Part shown: positions 38,401 to 52,873 of the stretch, piece after piece
How the letters are laid out: each line of letters begins with the position of its first letter
How positions within the stretch are numbered: position 1 is the stretch's first letter
From: Eledone cirrhosa
Taxonomy: Eukaryota
NCBI GenBank assembly: GCA_964016885.1
Contig: OZ024762.1
Span: forward strand, 4,216,001 to 4,280,000
DNA: 64,000 nucleotides
Direction: 5' to 3'
Notes under the pieces: generated by a model
What the model saw: the letters and a program-made list of their open reading frames with translations, nothing else
What the model was told of the DNA's origin: nothing
Databases searched by the model: none
Translations under genes and position numbers: made by a program

Positions 38401-41400
38401 TTCACACAGTCCACTACTGACCCCCCACTTCACACAGTCCACTACTGACTCCCCACTTCACACAGTCCACTACTGACCCCCCACTTCACACAGTCCACTA
38501 CTGACCCCCCACTTCACACAGTCCACTACTGACCCCCCACTTCACCCAGTCCACTACTGACCCCCCACTTCACCCAGTCCACTACTGACCCCCCACTTCA
38601 CAGTCCACTACTGACCCCCCACTTCACACAGTCCACTACTGACCCCCCACTTCACACAGTCCACTACTGACCCCCAGCTCACACAGTCCACTACTGACCC
38701 CCACTTCACACAGCCCGCTAGTGACCCCCACTTCACACAGTCCACTAGTGACCCCCCACTTCACACAGTCCACTACTGACTCCCCACTTCACCCAGTCCA
38801 CTACTGACCCCCCACTTCACCCAGTCCACTACTGACCCCCACTTCACAGTCCACTACTGACCCCCCACTTCACACAGTCCACTACTGACCCCCCACTTCA
38901 CCCAGTTCGCTACTGACCCCCCACTTCACACAGTACACTAGTGACCCCCCACTTCACACAGTACCCTAGTGACCCCCCACTTCACACAGTCCGCTACTGA
39001 CCCCCACTTCACCCAGTCCACTACTGACTCCCCACTTCACACAGTCCACTACTGACCCCCCACTTCACCCAGTCCACTACTGACCCCCCCACTTCACCCA
39101 GTCCACTACTGACCCCCCACTTCACCCAGTCCACTACTGACCCCCCACTTCACCCAGTCCACTACTGACCCCCCACTTCACAGTCCACTACTGACCCCCC
39201 ACTTCACACAGTCCACTACTGACCCCCCACTTCACCCAGTCCGCTAGTGACCCCCCACTTCACCCAGTCCACTACTGACCCCCACTTCACACAGTCCACT
39301 ACTGACCCCCCACTTCACACAGTCCACTACTGACTCCCCACTTCACACAGTCCACTACTGACTCCCCACTTCACACAGTCCACTACTGACTCCCCACTTC
39401 ACCCAGTCCACCACTGACCCCCCCACTTCACCCAGTCCACCACTGACCCCCCCACTTCACACAGTCCGCTAGTGACCCCCCACTTCACCCAGTCCACTAC
39501 TGACCCCCCACTTCACACAGTCCACTACTGACCCCCCACTTCACCCAGTCCACTACTGACCCCCACTTCACACAGTCCACTACTGACCCCCCACTTCACA
39601 CAGTCCACTACTGACCCCCCACTTCACACAGTCCACTACTGACTCCCCACTTCACCCAGTCCACTACTGACCCCCCACTTCACCCAGTCCGCTAGTGACC
39701 CCCCACTTCACCCAGTCCCCTACTGACCCCCCACTTCACAGTCCACTACTGACCCCCCACTTCACACAGTCCACTACTGACCCCCCACTTCACACAGTCC
39801 ACTACTGACCCCCCACTTCACACAGTCCACTACTGACTCCCCACTTCACCCAGTCCACTACTGACTCCCCACTTCACCCAGTCCACTACTGACCCCCCAC
39901 TTCACACAGTCCGCTAGTGTCCCCCCACTTCACCCAGTCCACTACTGACCCCCCACTTCACCCAGTCCACTACTGACCCCCCACTTCACAGTCCACTACT
40001 GACCCCCCACTTCACCCAGTCCACTACTGACCCCCCACTTCACACAGTCCACTACTGACTCCCCACTTCACTCAGTCCAATACTGACTCCCCACTTCACT
40101 CAGTCCACTACTGACCCCCCACTTCCCCCAGTCCACTACTGACCCCCCACTTCCCCCAGTCCACTACTGACCCCCCACTTCACACAGTCCACTACTGACC
40201 CCCCACTTCACCCAGTCCACTACTGACCCCCCACTTCACCCAGTCCACTACTGACCCCCCACTTCACACAGTCCACTAGTGACCCCCCACTTCACCCAGT
40301 CCACTACTGACTCCCCACTTCACTCAGTCCACTACTGACCCCCCACTTCACCCAGTCCACTAGTGACCCCCCACTTCACTCAGTCCACTACTGACCCCCC
40401 ACTTCCCCCAGTCCACTACTGACCCCCCACTTCACACAGTACACTACTGACCCCCCACTTCACACAGTCCACTACTGACCCCCCACTTCACACAGTCCAC
40501 TACTGACCCCCCACTTCACACAGTCCACTACTGACCCCCCACTTCACAGTCCACTACTGACTCCCCACTTCACACAGTCCACTACTGACCCCCCACTTCA
40601 CACAGTCCACTACTGACCCCCCACTTCACACAGTCCACTACTGACTCCCCACTTCACACAGTCCACTACTGACCCCCCACTTCACACAGTCCACTACTGA
40701 CCCCCCACTTCACACAGTCCACTACTGACCCCCCACTTCACCCAGTCCACTACTGACCCCCACTTCACCCAGTCCACTACTGACCCCCCACTTCACAGTC
40801 CACTACTGACCCCCCACTTCACACAGTCCACTACTGACCCCCCACTTCACACAGTCCACTACTGACCCCCAGCTCACACAGTCCACTACTGACCCCCACT
40901 TCACACAGCCCGCTAGTGACCCCCACTTCACACAGTCCACTAGTGACCCCCCACTTCACACAGTCCACTACTGACTCCCCACTTCACCCAGTCCACTACT
41001 GACCCCCCACTTCACCCAGTCCACTACTGACCCCCACTTCACAGTCCACTACTGACCCCCCACTTCACACAGTCCACTACTGACCCCCCACTTCACCCAG
41101 TTCGCTACTGACCCCCCACTTCACACAGTACACTAGTGACCCCCCACTTCACACAGTACCCTAGTGACCCCCCACTTCACACAGTCCGCTACTGACCCCC
41201 ACTTCACCCAGTCCACTACTGACTCCCCACTTCACACAGTCCACTACTGACCCCCCACTTCACCCAGTCCACTACTGACCCCCCCACTTCACCCAGTCCA
41301 CTACTGACCCCCCACTTCACCCAGTCCACTACTGACCCCCCACTTCACCCAGTCCACTACTGACCCCCCACTTCACAGTCCACTACTGACCCCCCACTTC

Positions 41401-44400
41401 ACACAGTCCACTACTGACCCCCCACTTCACCCAGTCCGCTAGTGACCCCCCACTTCACCCAGTCCACTACTGACCCCCACTTCACACAGTCCACTACTGA
41501 CCCCCCACTTCACACAGTCCACTACTGACTCCCCACTTCACACAGTCCACTACTGACTCCCCACTTCACACAGTCCACTACTGACTCCCCACTTCACCCA
41601 GTCCACCACTGACCCCCCCACTTCACCCAGTCCACCACTGACCCCCCCACTTCACACAGTCCGCTAGTGACCCCCCACTTCACCCAGTCCACTACTGACC
41701 CCCCACTTCACACAGTCCACTACTGACCCCCCACTTCACCCAGTCCACTACTGACCCCCCACTTCACCCAGTCCACTACTGACTCCCCACTTCACACAGT
41801 CCACTACTGACCCCCCACTTCACACAGTCCACTACTGACCCCCCACTTCACCCAGTCCACTACTGACTCCCCACTTCACTCAGTCCACTACTGACCCCCC
41901 ACTTCACCCAGTCCACTAGTGACCCCCCACTTCACTCAGTCCAATACTGACCCCCCACTTCCCCCAGTCCACTACTGACCCCCCACTTCCCCCAGTCCAC
42001 TACTGACCCCCCACTTCACACAGTCCACTACTGACCCCCCCACTTCACACAGTCCACTACTGACCCCCCACTTCAGTCCACTACTGACCCCCCACTTCAC
42101 CCAGCCCACTACTGACCCCCCACTTCACACAGTCCACTACTGACCCCCCACTTCACCCAGTCCACTACTGACCCCCCACTTCACCCAGTCCACTACTGAC
42201 TCCCCACTTCACTCAGTCCACTACTGACTCCCCACTTCACTCAGTCCACTAGTGACACCCCACTTCACTCAGTCCACTACTGACCCCCCACTTCCCCCAG
42301 TCCACTACTGACCTCCCCACTTCACACATTACACTACTGACCCCCCACTTCACACAGTCCACTACTGACCCCCCACTTCACACAGTCCACTACTGACCCC
42401 CCACTTCACACAGTCCACTACTGACTCCCCACTTCACACAGTCCACTACTGACCCCCCACTTCACACAGTCCACTACTGACCCCCCACTTCACACAGTCC
42501 ACTACTGACTCCCCACTTCACACAGTCCACTACTGACCCCCCACTTCACAGTCCACTACTGACCCCCCACTTCACACAGTCCACTACTGACCCCCCACTT
42601 CACGCAGTCCACTACTGACTCCCCACTTCACACAGTCCACTACTGACCCCCCCACTTCACACAGTCCACTACTGACCCCCCCACTTCACACAGTCCACTA
42701 CTGACTCCCCACTTCACACAGTCCACTACTGACCCCCCACTTCACACAGTCCACTACTGACCCCCCACTTCACACAGTCCACTACTGACCCCCCACTTCA
42801 CAGTCCACTACTGACCCCCACTTCACCCAGTCCACTACTGACCCCCCACTTCACACAGTCCACTACTGACCCCCCCACTTCACACAGTCCACTACTGACC
42901 CCCCACTTCAGTCCACTACTGACCCCCCACTTCACCCAGCCCACTACTGACCCCCCACTTCACACAGTCCACTACTGACCCCCCACTTCACCCAGTCCAC
43001 TACTGACCCCCCACTTCACCCAGTCCACTACTGACTCCCCACTTCACTCAGTCCACTACTGACTCCCCACTTCACTCAGTCCACTAGTGACACCCCACTT
43101 CACTCAGTCCACTACTGACCCCCCACTTCCCCCAGTCCACTACTGACCTCCCCACTTCACACATTACACTACTGACCCCCCACTTCACACAGTCCACTAC
43201 TGACCCCCCACTTCACACAGTCCACTACTGACCCCCCACTTCACACAGTCCACTACTGACTCCCCACTTCACACAGTCCACTACTGACCCCCCACTTCAC
43301 ACAGTCCACTACTGACCCCCCACTTCACACAGTCCACTACTGACTCCCCACTTCACACAGTCCACTACTGACCCCCCACTTCACAGTCCACTACTGACCC
43401 CCCACTTCACACAGTCCACTACTGACCCCCCACTTCACGCAGTCCACTACTGACTCCCCACTTCACACAGTCCACTACTGACCCCCCCACTTCACACAGT
43501 CCACTACTGACCCCCCCACTTCACACAGTCCACTACTGACTCCCCACTTCACACAGTCCACTACTGACCCCCCACTTCACACAGTCCACTACTGACCCCC
43601 CACTTCACACAGTCCACTACTGACCCCCCACTTCACAGTCCACTACTGACCCCCACTTCACCCAGTCCACTACTGACCCCCCACTTCACCCAGTCCACTA
43701 CTGACCCCCCACTTCACAGTCCACTACTGACCCCCCACTTCACACAGTCCACTACTGACCCCCCACTTCACCCAGACCACTACTGACTCCCCACTTCACC
43801 CAGTCCACTACTGACCCCCACTTCACACAGTCCACTACTGACCCCCCACTTCACACAGTCCACTACTGACCCCCCACTTCACCCAGTCCGCTACTGACCC
43901 CCCACTTCACAGTCCACTACTGACCCCCCACTTCACACAGTCCACTACTGACCCCCCACTTCACACAGTCCACTAGTGACCCCCACTTCACCCAGTCCAC
44001 TACTGACCCCCCACTTCACCCAGTCCACTACTGACCCCCCACTTCACACAGTCCACTACTGACCCCCCACTTCACACAGTTCACTACTGACTCCCCACTT
44101 CACCCAGTCCACTACTGACCCACCACTTCACACAGTCCACTACTGACCCCCCACTTCACACAGTCCACTACTGACCCCCCACTTCACACAGTTCACTACT
44201 GACCCCCCACTTCACACAGTCCACTACTGACTCCCCACTTCACCCAGTCCACTACTGACCCCCCACTCCAGTCCGCTAGTGACCCCCCACTTCACCCAGT
44301 ACACTACTGACCCCCCACTTCACACAGTCCACTAGTGACCCCCCACTTCACCCAGTCCACTACTGACCCCCACTTCACACAGTCCACTACTGACTCCCCC

Positions 44401-47400
44401 ACTTCACCCAGTACGCTACTGACCCCCCACTTCACACAGTCCACTACTGACCCCCCACTTCACACAGTCCGCTAGTGACCCCCCACTTCACCCAGTCCAC
44501 TACTGACTTCCCACTTCACCCAGTCCACTACTGACTCCCCACTTCACCCAGTCCAATACTGACCCCCCACTTCACCCAGTCCACTACTGACCCCCCACTT
44601 CACACAGTCCACTACTGACCCCCCACTTCACACAGTCCACTACTGACCCCCCACTTCACACAGTCCACTACTGACTCCCCACTTCACCCAGTCCACTACT
44701 GACCCCCCACTTCACAGTCCGCTAGTGACCCCCCACTTCACCCAGTTCACTACTGACCCCCCACTTCACACAGTCCACTACTGACCCCCCACTTCACACA
44801 GTCCACTACTGACCCCCCACTTCACACAGTCCACTAGTGACCCGCCACTTCATAGTCCACTACTGACGCCCCCACTTCACCCAGTCCGCTACTGACCCCC
44901 CACTTCACACAGTCCACTACTGACCCCCCCACTTCACAGTCCACTACTGACCCCCCACTTCACACAGTCCACTACTGACCCCCCACTTCAGTCCGCTAGT
45001 GACCCCCCACTTCACCCAGTCCACTACAGACCCCCCACTTCACTCAGTCCGCTACTGACCCCCCACTTCACCCAGTCCGCTACTGACCCCCCACTTTACA
45101 CAGTCCACTACTGACCCCCCACTTCACACAGTCCACTACTGACCCCCCACTTCACCCAGTCCGCTACTGACCTCCCACTTCACAGTCCACTACTGACCCC
45201 CCACTTCACACAGTCCACTACTGACCCCCCCACTTCACACAGTCCACTACTGACCCCCCACTTCACACAGTCCACTACTGACCCCCCACTTCACTCAGTT
45301 CACTACTGACCCCCCACTTCACCCAGTCCACTACTGACCCCCCACTTCACTCAGTCCACTACTGACCCCCCACTTCACCCAGTACGCTAGTGACCCCCCA
45401 CTTGACCCAGTCCACTACTGACCCCCCACTTGACCCAGTCCACTACTGACCCCCCACTTCACTCAGTCCACTACTGACCCCCCACTTCACCCAGTCCGCT
45501 AGTGACCCCCCACTTCACACAGTCCACTAGTGACCCCCCACTTCACCCAGTCCACTACTGACCCCCCACTTCACCCAGTCCGCTAGTGACCCCCCACTTC
45601 ACCCAGTCCACTACTGATCCCCCACTTCACCCAGTCCACTACTGATCCCCCACTTCACCCAGTCCACTACTGACCCCCCACTTCACTCAGTCCACTACTG
45701 ACCCCCCACTTCACCCAGTCCACTACTGACCCCCCACTTCACACAGTCCACTACTGACCCCCCACTTCACACAGTCCACTACTGACCCCCCACTTCACAC
45801 AGTCCACTAATGAACCCCCCACTTCACTCAGTCCACTACTGACCCCCCACTTCACTCAGTCCACTACTGACCCCCCACTTCACCCAGTTCGCTAGTGACC
45901 CCCCACTTCACCCAGTCCACTACTGACCCCCCACTTCACCCAGTCCGCTAGTGACCCCCCACTTCACCCAGTCCACTACTGACCCCCCACTTCACCCAGT
46001 ACGCTAGTGACCCCCCACTTCACACAGTCCACTACTGACCCCCCACTTCACCCAGTCCTCTACTGACCCCCCACTTCACTCAGACCACTACTGACCCCCC
46101 ACTTCACCCAGTCCGCTAGTGACCCTCCACTTCACACAGTCCACTACTGACCCCCCACTTCACACAGTCCACTAGTGACCCCCCACTTCACACAGTCCGC
46201 TAGTGACCCCCCACTTCACACAGTCCACTACTGACCCCCCACTTCCCTCAGTCCACTACTGACCCCCCACTTCACACAGTCCACTAGTGACCCCCCACTT
46301 CACCCAGTCCACTACTGACCCCCCACTTCACCCAGTCCACTACTGACCCCCCACTTCACACAGTCCACTAGTGACCCCCCACTTCACCCAGTCCACTACT
46401 GAACCCCCACTTCACACAGTCCACTACTGACCCCCCACTTCACCCAGTGCACTACTGACCCCCCACTTCACAGTCCACTACTGACCCCCCACTTCACACA
46501 GTCCACTACTGACTCCCCACTTCACCCAGTCCACTACTGACCCCCCACTTCACTCAGTCCGCTACTGACCCCCCACTTCACCCAGTCCACTACTGACTCC
46601 CCACTTCACCCAGTCCACTACTGACCCCCCACTTCCCCCAGTCCACTACTGACTCCCCCACTTCACCCAGTCCGCTACTGACTCCCCACTTCACCCAGTC
46701 CACTACTGACCCCCCACTTCACTCAGTCCGCTACTGACCCCCCACTTCACTCAGTCCGCTACTGACCCCCCACTTCACAGTCCACTAGTGACCCCCCACT
46801 TCACACAGTCCACTACTGACCCCCCACTTCACACAGTTCACTACTGACCCCCACTTCACCCAGTCCACTACTGACCCCCCACTTCACACAGTCCACTAGT
46901 GACCCCCCACTTCACACAGTCCGCTAGTGACCCCCCACTTCACACAGTCCACTACTGACCCCCCACTTCACTCAGTCCACTACTGACCCCCCACTTCACA
47001 CAGTCCACTAGTGACCCCCCACTTCACCCAGTCCACTACTGACCCCCCACTTCACCCAGTCCACTACGGACCCCCCACTTCACACAGTCCACTAGTGACC
47101 CCCCACTTCACCCAGTCCACTACTGACCCCCCACTTCACACAGTCCACTACTGACCCCCCACTTCACCCAGTCCACTACTGACCCCCCACTTCACAGTCC
47201 ACTACTGACCCCCCACTTCACACAGTCCACTACTGACTCCCCACTTCACTCAGTCCGCTACTGACTCCCCACTTCACTCAGTCCGCTACTGACCCCCCAC
47301 TTCACCCAGTCCACTACTGACCCCCCACTTCACTCAGTCCGCTACTGACTCCCCACTTCACTCAGTCCGCTACTGACCCCCCACTTCACCCAGTCCACTA

Positions 47401-48040
47401 CTGACTCCCCACTTCACCCAGTCCGCTACTGACCCCCCACTTCCCCCAGTCCGCTACTGACTCCCCACTTCACCCAGTCCGCTACTGACTCCCCACTTCA
47501 CCCAGTCCGCTACTGACTCCCCACTTCACCCAGTCCGCTACTGACTCCCCACTTCACCCAGTCCGCTACTGACCCCCCACTTCACCCAGTCCGCTACTGA
47601 CCCCCCACTTCACTCAGTCCGCTACTGACCCCCCACTTCACTCAGTCCGCTACTGACCCCCCACTTCACACAGTCCACTAGTGACCCCCCACTTCACACA
47701 GTCCACTACTGACCCCCCACTTCACACAGTCCACTACTGACCCCCCACTTCACACAGTCCACTACTGACCCCCCACTTCACACAGTCCACTACTGACCCC
47801 CCACTTCACACAGTCCACTACTGACCCCCCACTTCACCCAGTCCACTACTGACCCCCACTTCACCCAGTCCACTACTGACCCGCCACTTCACAGTCCGCT
47901 AGTGACCCCCCACTTCACAGTCCGCTAGTGACCCCCCACTTCACACAGTCCACTACTGACCCCCCACTTCACACAGTCCGCTACTGACTCCCCCTTCACC
48001 CAGTTCACTACTGACCTCCCCCCACTTCACACAGTCCAAC
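20450..48040 (+). repeat. ~27.6 kb intronic satellite, 28-bp unit CAGTCCACTACTGACCCCCCACTTCAC(C/A); 29-bp variant in the first ~1 kb
   Basis: Period read directly; roughly 980 copies by length divided by unit size. Confidence 0.98.
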
Positions 48041-48143
48041 CAAGGGATATCTTATCGACATTTCTAAGCTATTATTTATAGCAATCAACCGATGCCATTA
48101 TTTTCTGTTAAATAACATCAAGATCTCAGATTCGATATTAAAC

Positions 48144-48812
48144 GAGATAATTAGGTGAAATAATTAGGGGAGATAACTACGTGAGATAACTACGTGAGAT
48201 AATTAGGTGAGATAATTAGGGGAGATAACTACGTGAGATAACTACGTGAGATAGCTACGTGAGATAATTAGGGGAGATAACTACGTGAGATAACTACGTG
48301 AGATAGCTACGTGAGATAATTAGGGGAGATAACTACGTGAGATAACTACGTGAGATAATTAGGTGAGATAACTACGTGAGATAACTACGTGAGATAATTA
48401 GGTGAGATAATTAGGGGAGATAATTAGGTGAGATAATTAGGTGAGATAATTAGGTGAGATAACTACGTGAGATAACTACGTGAGATAACTACGTGAGATA
48501 ATTAGGTGAGATAACTACGTGAGATAATTAGGTGAGATATTTAGGGGAGATAACTACGTGAGATAATTAGGTGAGATAATTAGGGGAGATAACTACGTGA
48601 GATAACTACGTGAGATAACTACGTGAGATAATTAGGGGAGATAATTAGGTGAGATAACTACGTGAGATAACTACGTGAGATAATTAGGTGAGATAATTAG
48701 GTGAGATAATTAGGTGAGATAACTACGTGAGATAACTACGTGAGATAATTAGGAGAGATAATTAGGTGAGATAACTACGTGAGATAATTAGGTGAGATAA
48801 TTACGTGAGATG
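48144..48812. repeat. 13-bp tandem repeat GTGAGATAACTAC/GTGAGATAATTAG (~50 copies)
   Basis: Period 13 with interspersed variants. Confidence 0.95.
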
Positions 48813-49455
48813 AAGTCTTTACTGTGAAAATACAATAGTAGATATAGAGTAATGTAAATGGTAAAGGGTTAATAACAAGATTTGTGAAGAATAACACAAT
48901 CTGTCAACTGTGTTAAGAATGAGAGGTGGTTTGTATGTTCAGTTTATTTTGTATGTTCAGTTTATGTTAGATGTGTTATTAAATTATTAAATGTTTTAAA
49001 TTTCATAAGAATGTATATTACATTATAAAGAGTCTAGGGGAGGGGGAGTTGGCCAAAGGTAGATTTAGTCAAGGGGGAAGTTGGGTTGGCCAACGGGGGA
49101 TGGAGTTGGCTTGAGGAAGGGGAGTTGGCCATGGAGTAATGGGCCTAGAACCTTTTAACTCTATGTTAAACTATGTATGAACATTTCTTTTGAAAAAAAT
49201 TTCGAATTTATGGTAGAAAGTCCACCAGCATATTTTGACTTTTACAAAAATACGCCGTGAGTAAAAAATGTTTGGAAACTACTGGTCTAACAAATTAAAC
49301 AAAAACAAACGTTGCCAGAAACAAACATTTCATGCAGACCATTGTTTAAGCTCACCAACACTTTAACCTTACACATCCCCAGAAATATGTTCAAATCTTA
49401 ATTTTGTTATTCTCTTTTCTTTTTTTTTTGTTTATTCCCCAAAATGGAACTTTAG

Positions 49456-49732
49456 GTTAATGATTTATACATCCACGATGACTACAATCATTCAGAGAAG
49501 CTGAACGATATCGCTCTTATTTACTTGTCGAAGACAGTGACTATGGGGCCTTACGCCAAGCCAATATGTCTGCCAAGTAAACCAATGTTGAAGAACTATG
49601 CTGCCAAGGGCACAGCAGGTTTTGTGTCCGGTTGGGGTTTGACAGAACAGAAAGTTAAAGCTAGTCGCTTATTAACTACCAAAATATTGATCTTCAAGAA
49701 TGACGAATGTCTGAGGTATATCAGAAGAAAAT
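49456..49732 (+). CDS. Factor C-like exon 10 (protease domain, catalytic Asp)
   Basis: VNDLYIHDDYNHSEKLNDIALIYLSKTVTMGPYAKPICLP..FVSGWGLTE..NDECLRYIRRK; phase 0 in, T|gtaagt out. Confidence 0.95.
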
Positions 49733-50269
49733 GTAAGTTGGAGAGAGAGAGAGAGAGGGGGAGATGAGGGGGGGGGGGGCATTTTCAAAACAAAGAAATA
49801 GTTTTATCAAAAATTTATAATAATTGAGACTATGGTAGAAAAGTCTTCCAACCGTGGACAGGACAAGTCCACCGCAGGGTTAAAATTTGTTTAGAGCTCG
49901 GGGGGTCATCAGACAGGTGCTTATCACGGTTACCGTGGCCGGAAGCGACTGAAAGTACAACTTTTTGGGCTTTGAAACTTATCCGAAAATACTTCGACAT
50001 CCGTGATTGTTATTTTATAATAAGATTACTGATTTTATAAAATAATTGAAAATAAAAATCAGAGCATCTAAGAGCCACTCAATATAGGCTAAAGGGCCGC
50101 ACGTCCTCATATTTGATTTATCCTTAATTTAAGCGACGAAGAAATAGGTGGCTGGCTGGTTGACTGACTGGCTGGCTTGCTGGCTGGCTGACTGGCTGAC
50201 TGGATGGTTGGCTGGTTGGCTGGATGGTTGGCTGGTTGGCTGGATGGTTGACTGACTGGCTGGCTTGCT

Positions 50270-51318
50270 GGCCATGCTGGGGCACCGCATTACTGGTATC
50301 ACGCATAGGACGGCGGCCATGCTGGGGCACCACATTACTGGTATCAGGCATAGGACGGCGGCCATGCTGGGGCACCACATTACTGGTATCAGGCATAGGA
50401 CGGCGGCCATGCTGGGGCACCACATTACTGGTATCAGGCATAGGACGGCGGCCATGCTGGGGCACCGCATTACTGGTATCAGGCATAGGACGGCGGCCAT
50501 GCTGGGGCACAACATTACTGGTATCAGGCATAGGACGGCGGCCATGCTGGGGCACCACATTACTGGTATCAGGCATAGGACGGCGGCCATGCTGGGGCAC
50601 CGCATTACTGGTATGAGGCATAGGACGGCGGCCATGCTGGGGCACCACATTACTGGTATGAGGCATAGGACGGCGGCCATGCTGGGGCACAACATTACTG
50701 GTATCAGGCATAGGACGGCGGCCATGCTGGGGCACCACATTACTGGTATCAGGCATAGGACGGCGGCCATGCTGGGGCACCGCATTACTGGTATGAGGCA
50801 TAGGACGGCGGCCATGCTGGGGCACCACATTACTGGTATCAGGCATAGGACGGCGGCCATGCTGGGGCACCGCATTACTGGTATCAGGCATAGGACGGCG
50901 GCCATGCTGGGGCACCACATTACTGGTATCAGGCATAGGACGGCGGCCATGCTGGGGCACCACATTACTGGTATCAGGCATAGGACGGCGGCCATGCTGG
51001 GGCACCACATTACTGGTATCAGGCATAGGACGGCGGCCATGCTGGGGCACAACATTACTGGTATCAGGCATAGGACGGCGGCCATGCTGGGGCACCACAT
51101 TACTGGTATCAGGCATAGGACGGCGGCCATGCTGGGGCACCACATTACTGGTATCAGACATAGGACGGCGGCCATGCTGGGGCACCGCATTACTGGTATC
51201 AGGCATAGGACGGCGGCCATGCTGGGGCACCGCATTACTGGTATCAGGCATAGGACGGCGGCCATGCTGGGGCACCACATTACTGGTATCAGGCATAGGA
51301 CGGCGGCCATGCTGGGGC
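50270..51318 (-). repeat. 45-bp minisatellite from a SINE 3' segment (~23 copies)
   Basis: Minus-strand unit GGTGCCCCAGCATGGCCGCCGTCCTATGCCTGATACCAGTAATGT. Confidence 0.92.
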
Positions 51319-51409
51319 GATTTGATCAATCATGTCGACCATCGTACTCAGTCTTGTTTTAAATCTGATATTTTATCGATCACTATTTGTTGAACCGTTA
51401 AGTTAAAGG

Positions 51410-52475
51410 ACACACACTCAGACACACACGCACTCTCTCTCACATACACACACTTACACACTCTCTTTCAAACATACACACACACTCATACACACACACT
51501 CAAACAGACTCTCTCTCATACACACACTCTCAAACATACTCTCATACACACACTCTCACACACACACTCACACACACACTCTCTCATACACACACACTCA
51601 CACACACACTCTCTCATACACACACACTCACACACACACTCTCTCATACACACCCACTCACACACACACTCTCTCATACACACACACTCACACACACACT
51701 CTCTCATACACACACACTCACACACACACTCTCTCATACACACACACTCACACACACACTCTCTCATACACACACACTCACACACACACTCTCTCATACA
51801 CACACACTCACACATACACACACACTCACACACACACTCTCTCTCATACACACACACTCACACACACACTCTCTCATACACACACACTCACACACACACT
51901 CTCTCATACACACACACTCACACACACACTCTCTCATACACACACACTCACACACACACTCTCTCATACACACACACTCACACATACACACACACTCACA
52001 CACACACTCTCTCTCATACACACACACTCACACACACACTCTCTCATACACACACACTCACACACACACTCTCTCATACACACACACTCACACACACACT
52101 CTCTCATACACACACACTCACACACACACTCTCTCATACACACACACTCACACACACACTCTCTCATACACACACACTCACACACACACTCTCTCATACA
52201 CACACACTCACACACACACTCTCTCATACACACCCACTCACACACACACTCTCTCATACACACCCACTCACACACACACTCTCTCATACACACCCACTCA
52301 CACACACACTCTCTCATACACACACACTCACACACACACTCTCTCATACACACACACTCACACACACACTCTCTCATACACACACTCTCTCATACACACA
52401 CACTCACACACACACTCTCTCATACACACACACTCACACACACACTCTCTCATACACACACACTCACACACACAC
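51410..52475. repeat. 30-bp CA/CT-rich minisatellite
   Basis: Unit CACACACACTCTCTCATACACACACACTCA repeated. Confidence 0.95.
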
Positions 52476-52528
52476 CATGTTGAAATACAGGGTTCTAATG
52501 GCAGCCAATCTTTTTATTAACTGAACAG

Positions 52529-52657
52529 TTCCTAACAAGCAGATGGGTTACCTCAATAAGGTGGTGTGCGCGGGCACGCCCCCAGACAGTGTTCTAAAAC
52601 TCAGCGATTCCCAGAAACACGATTCTGGTGGAGGTTTGGTGTTCAGGTCGTGTCGTG
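52529..52657 (+). CDS. Factor C-like exon 11 (protease domain, catalytic Ser)
   Basis: FPNKQMGYLNKVVCAGTPPDSVLKLSDSQKHDSGGGLVFRSCR; acag acceptor, G|gtaagt donor. Confidence 0.9.
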
Positions 52658-52873
52658 GTAAGTATAACTTATCGTTTTCTTTAATCAGTTGCAGCATAGA
52701 GTTATTGCCCTTTGCGTTCTGAGTTCAAATCCCGCCAAGGTCAACTTCACCTTTCATCCTTACGGGGTCGATAAAATAAAGTATCAGTAATGCACTGGGG
52801 TCGATTTAATCGACTTTCCACTCCCTCCAAATTGCTGGGTTTTTGCTTATACTAGAAATCCTTATTATTACCA

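Noticed and set aside
20450-48040. Recursive (ratchet) splice sites in the satellite
   Set aside because: Units read CAG|TCC, not AG|GT, so no donor is regenerated.
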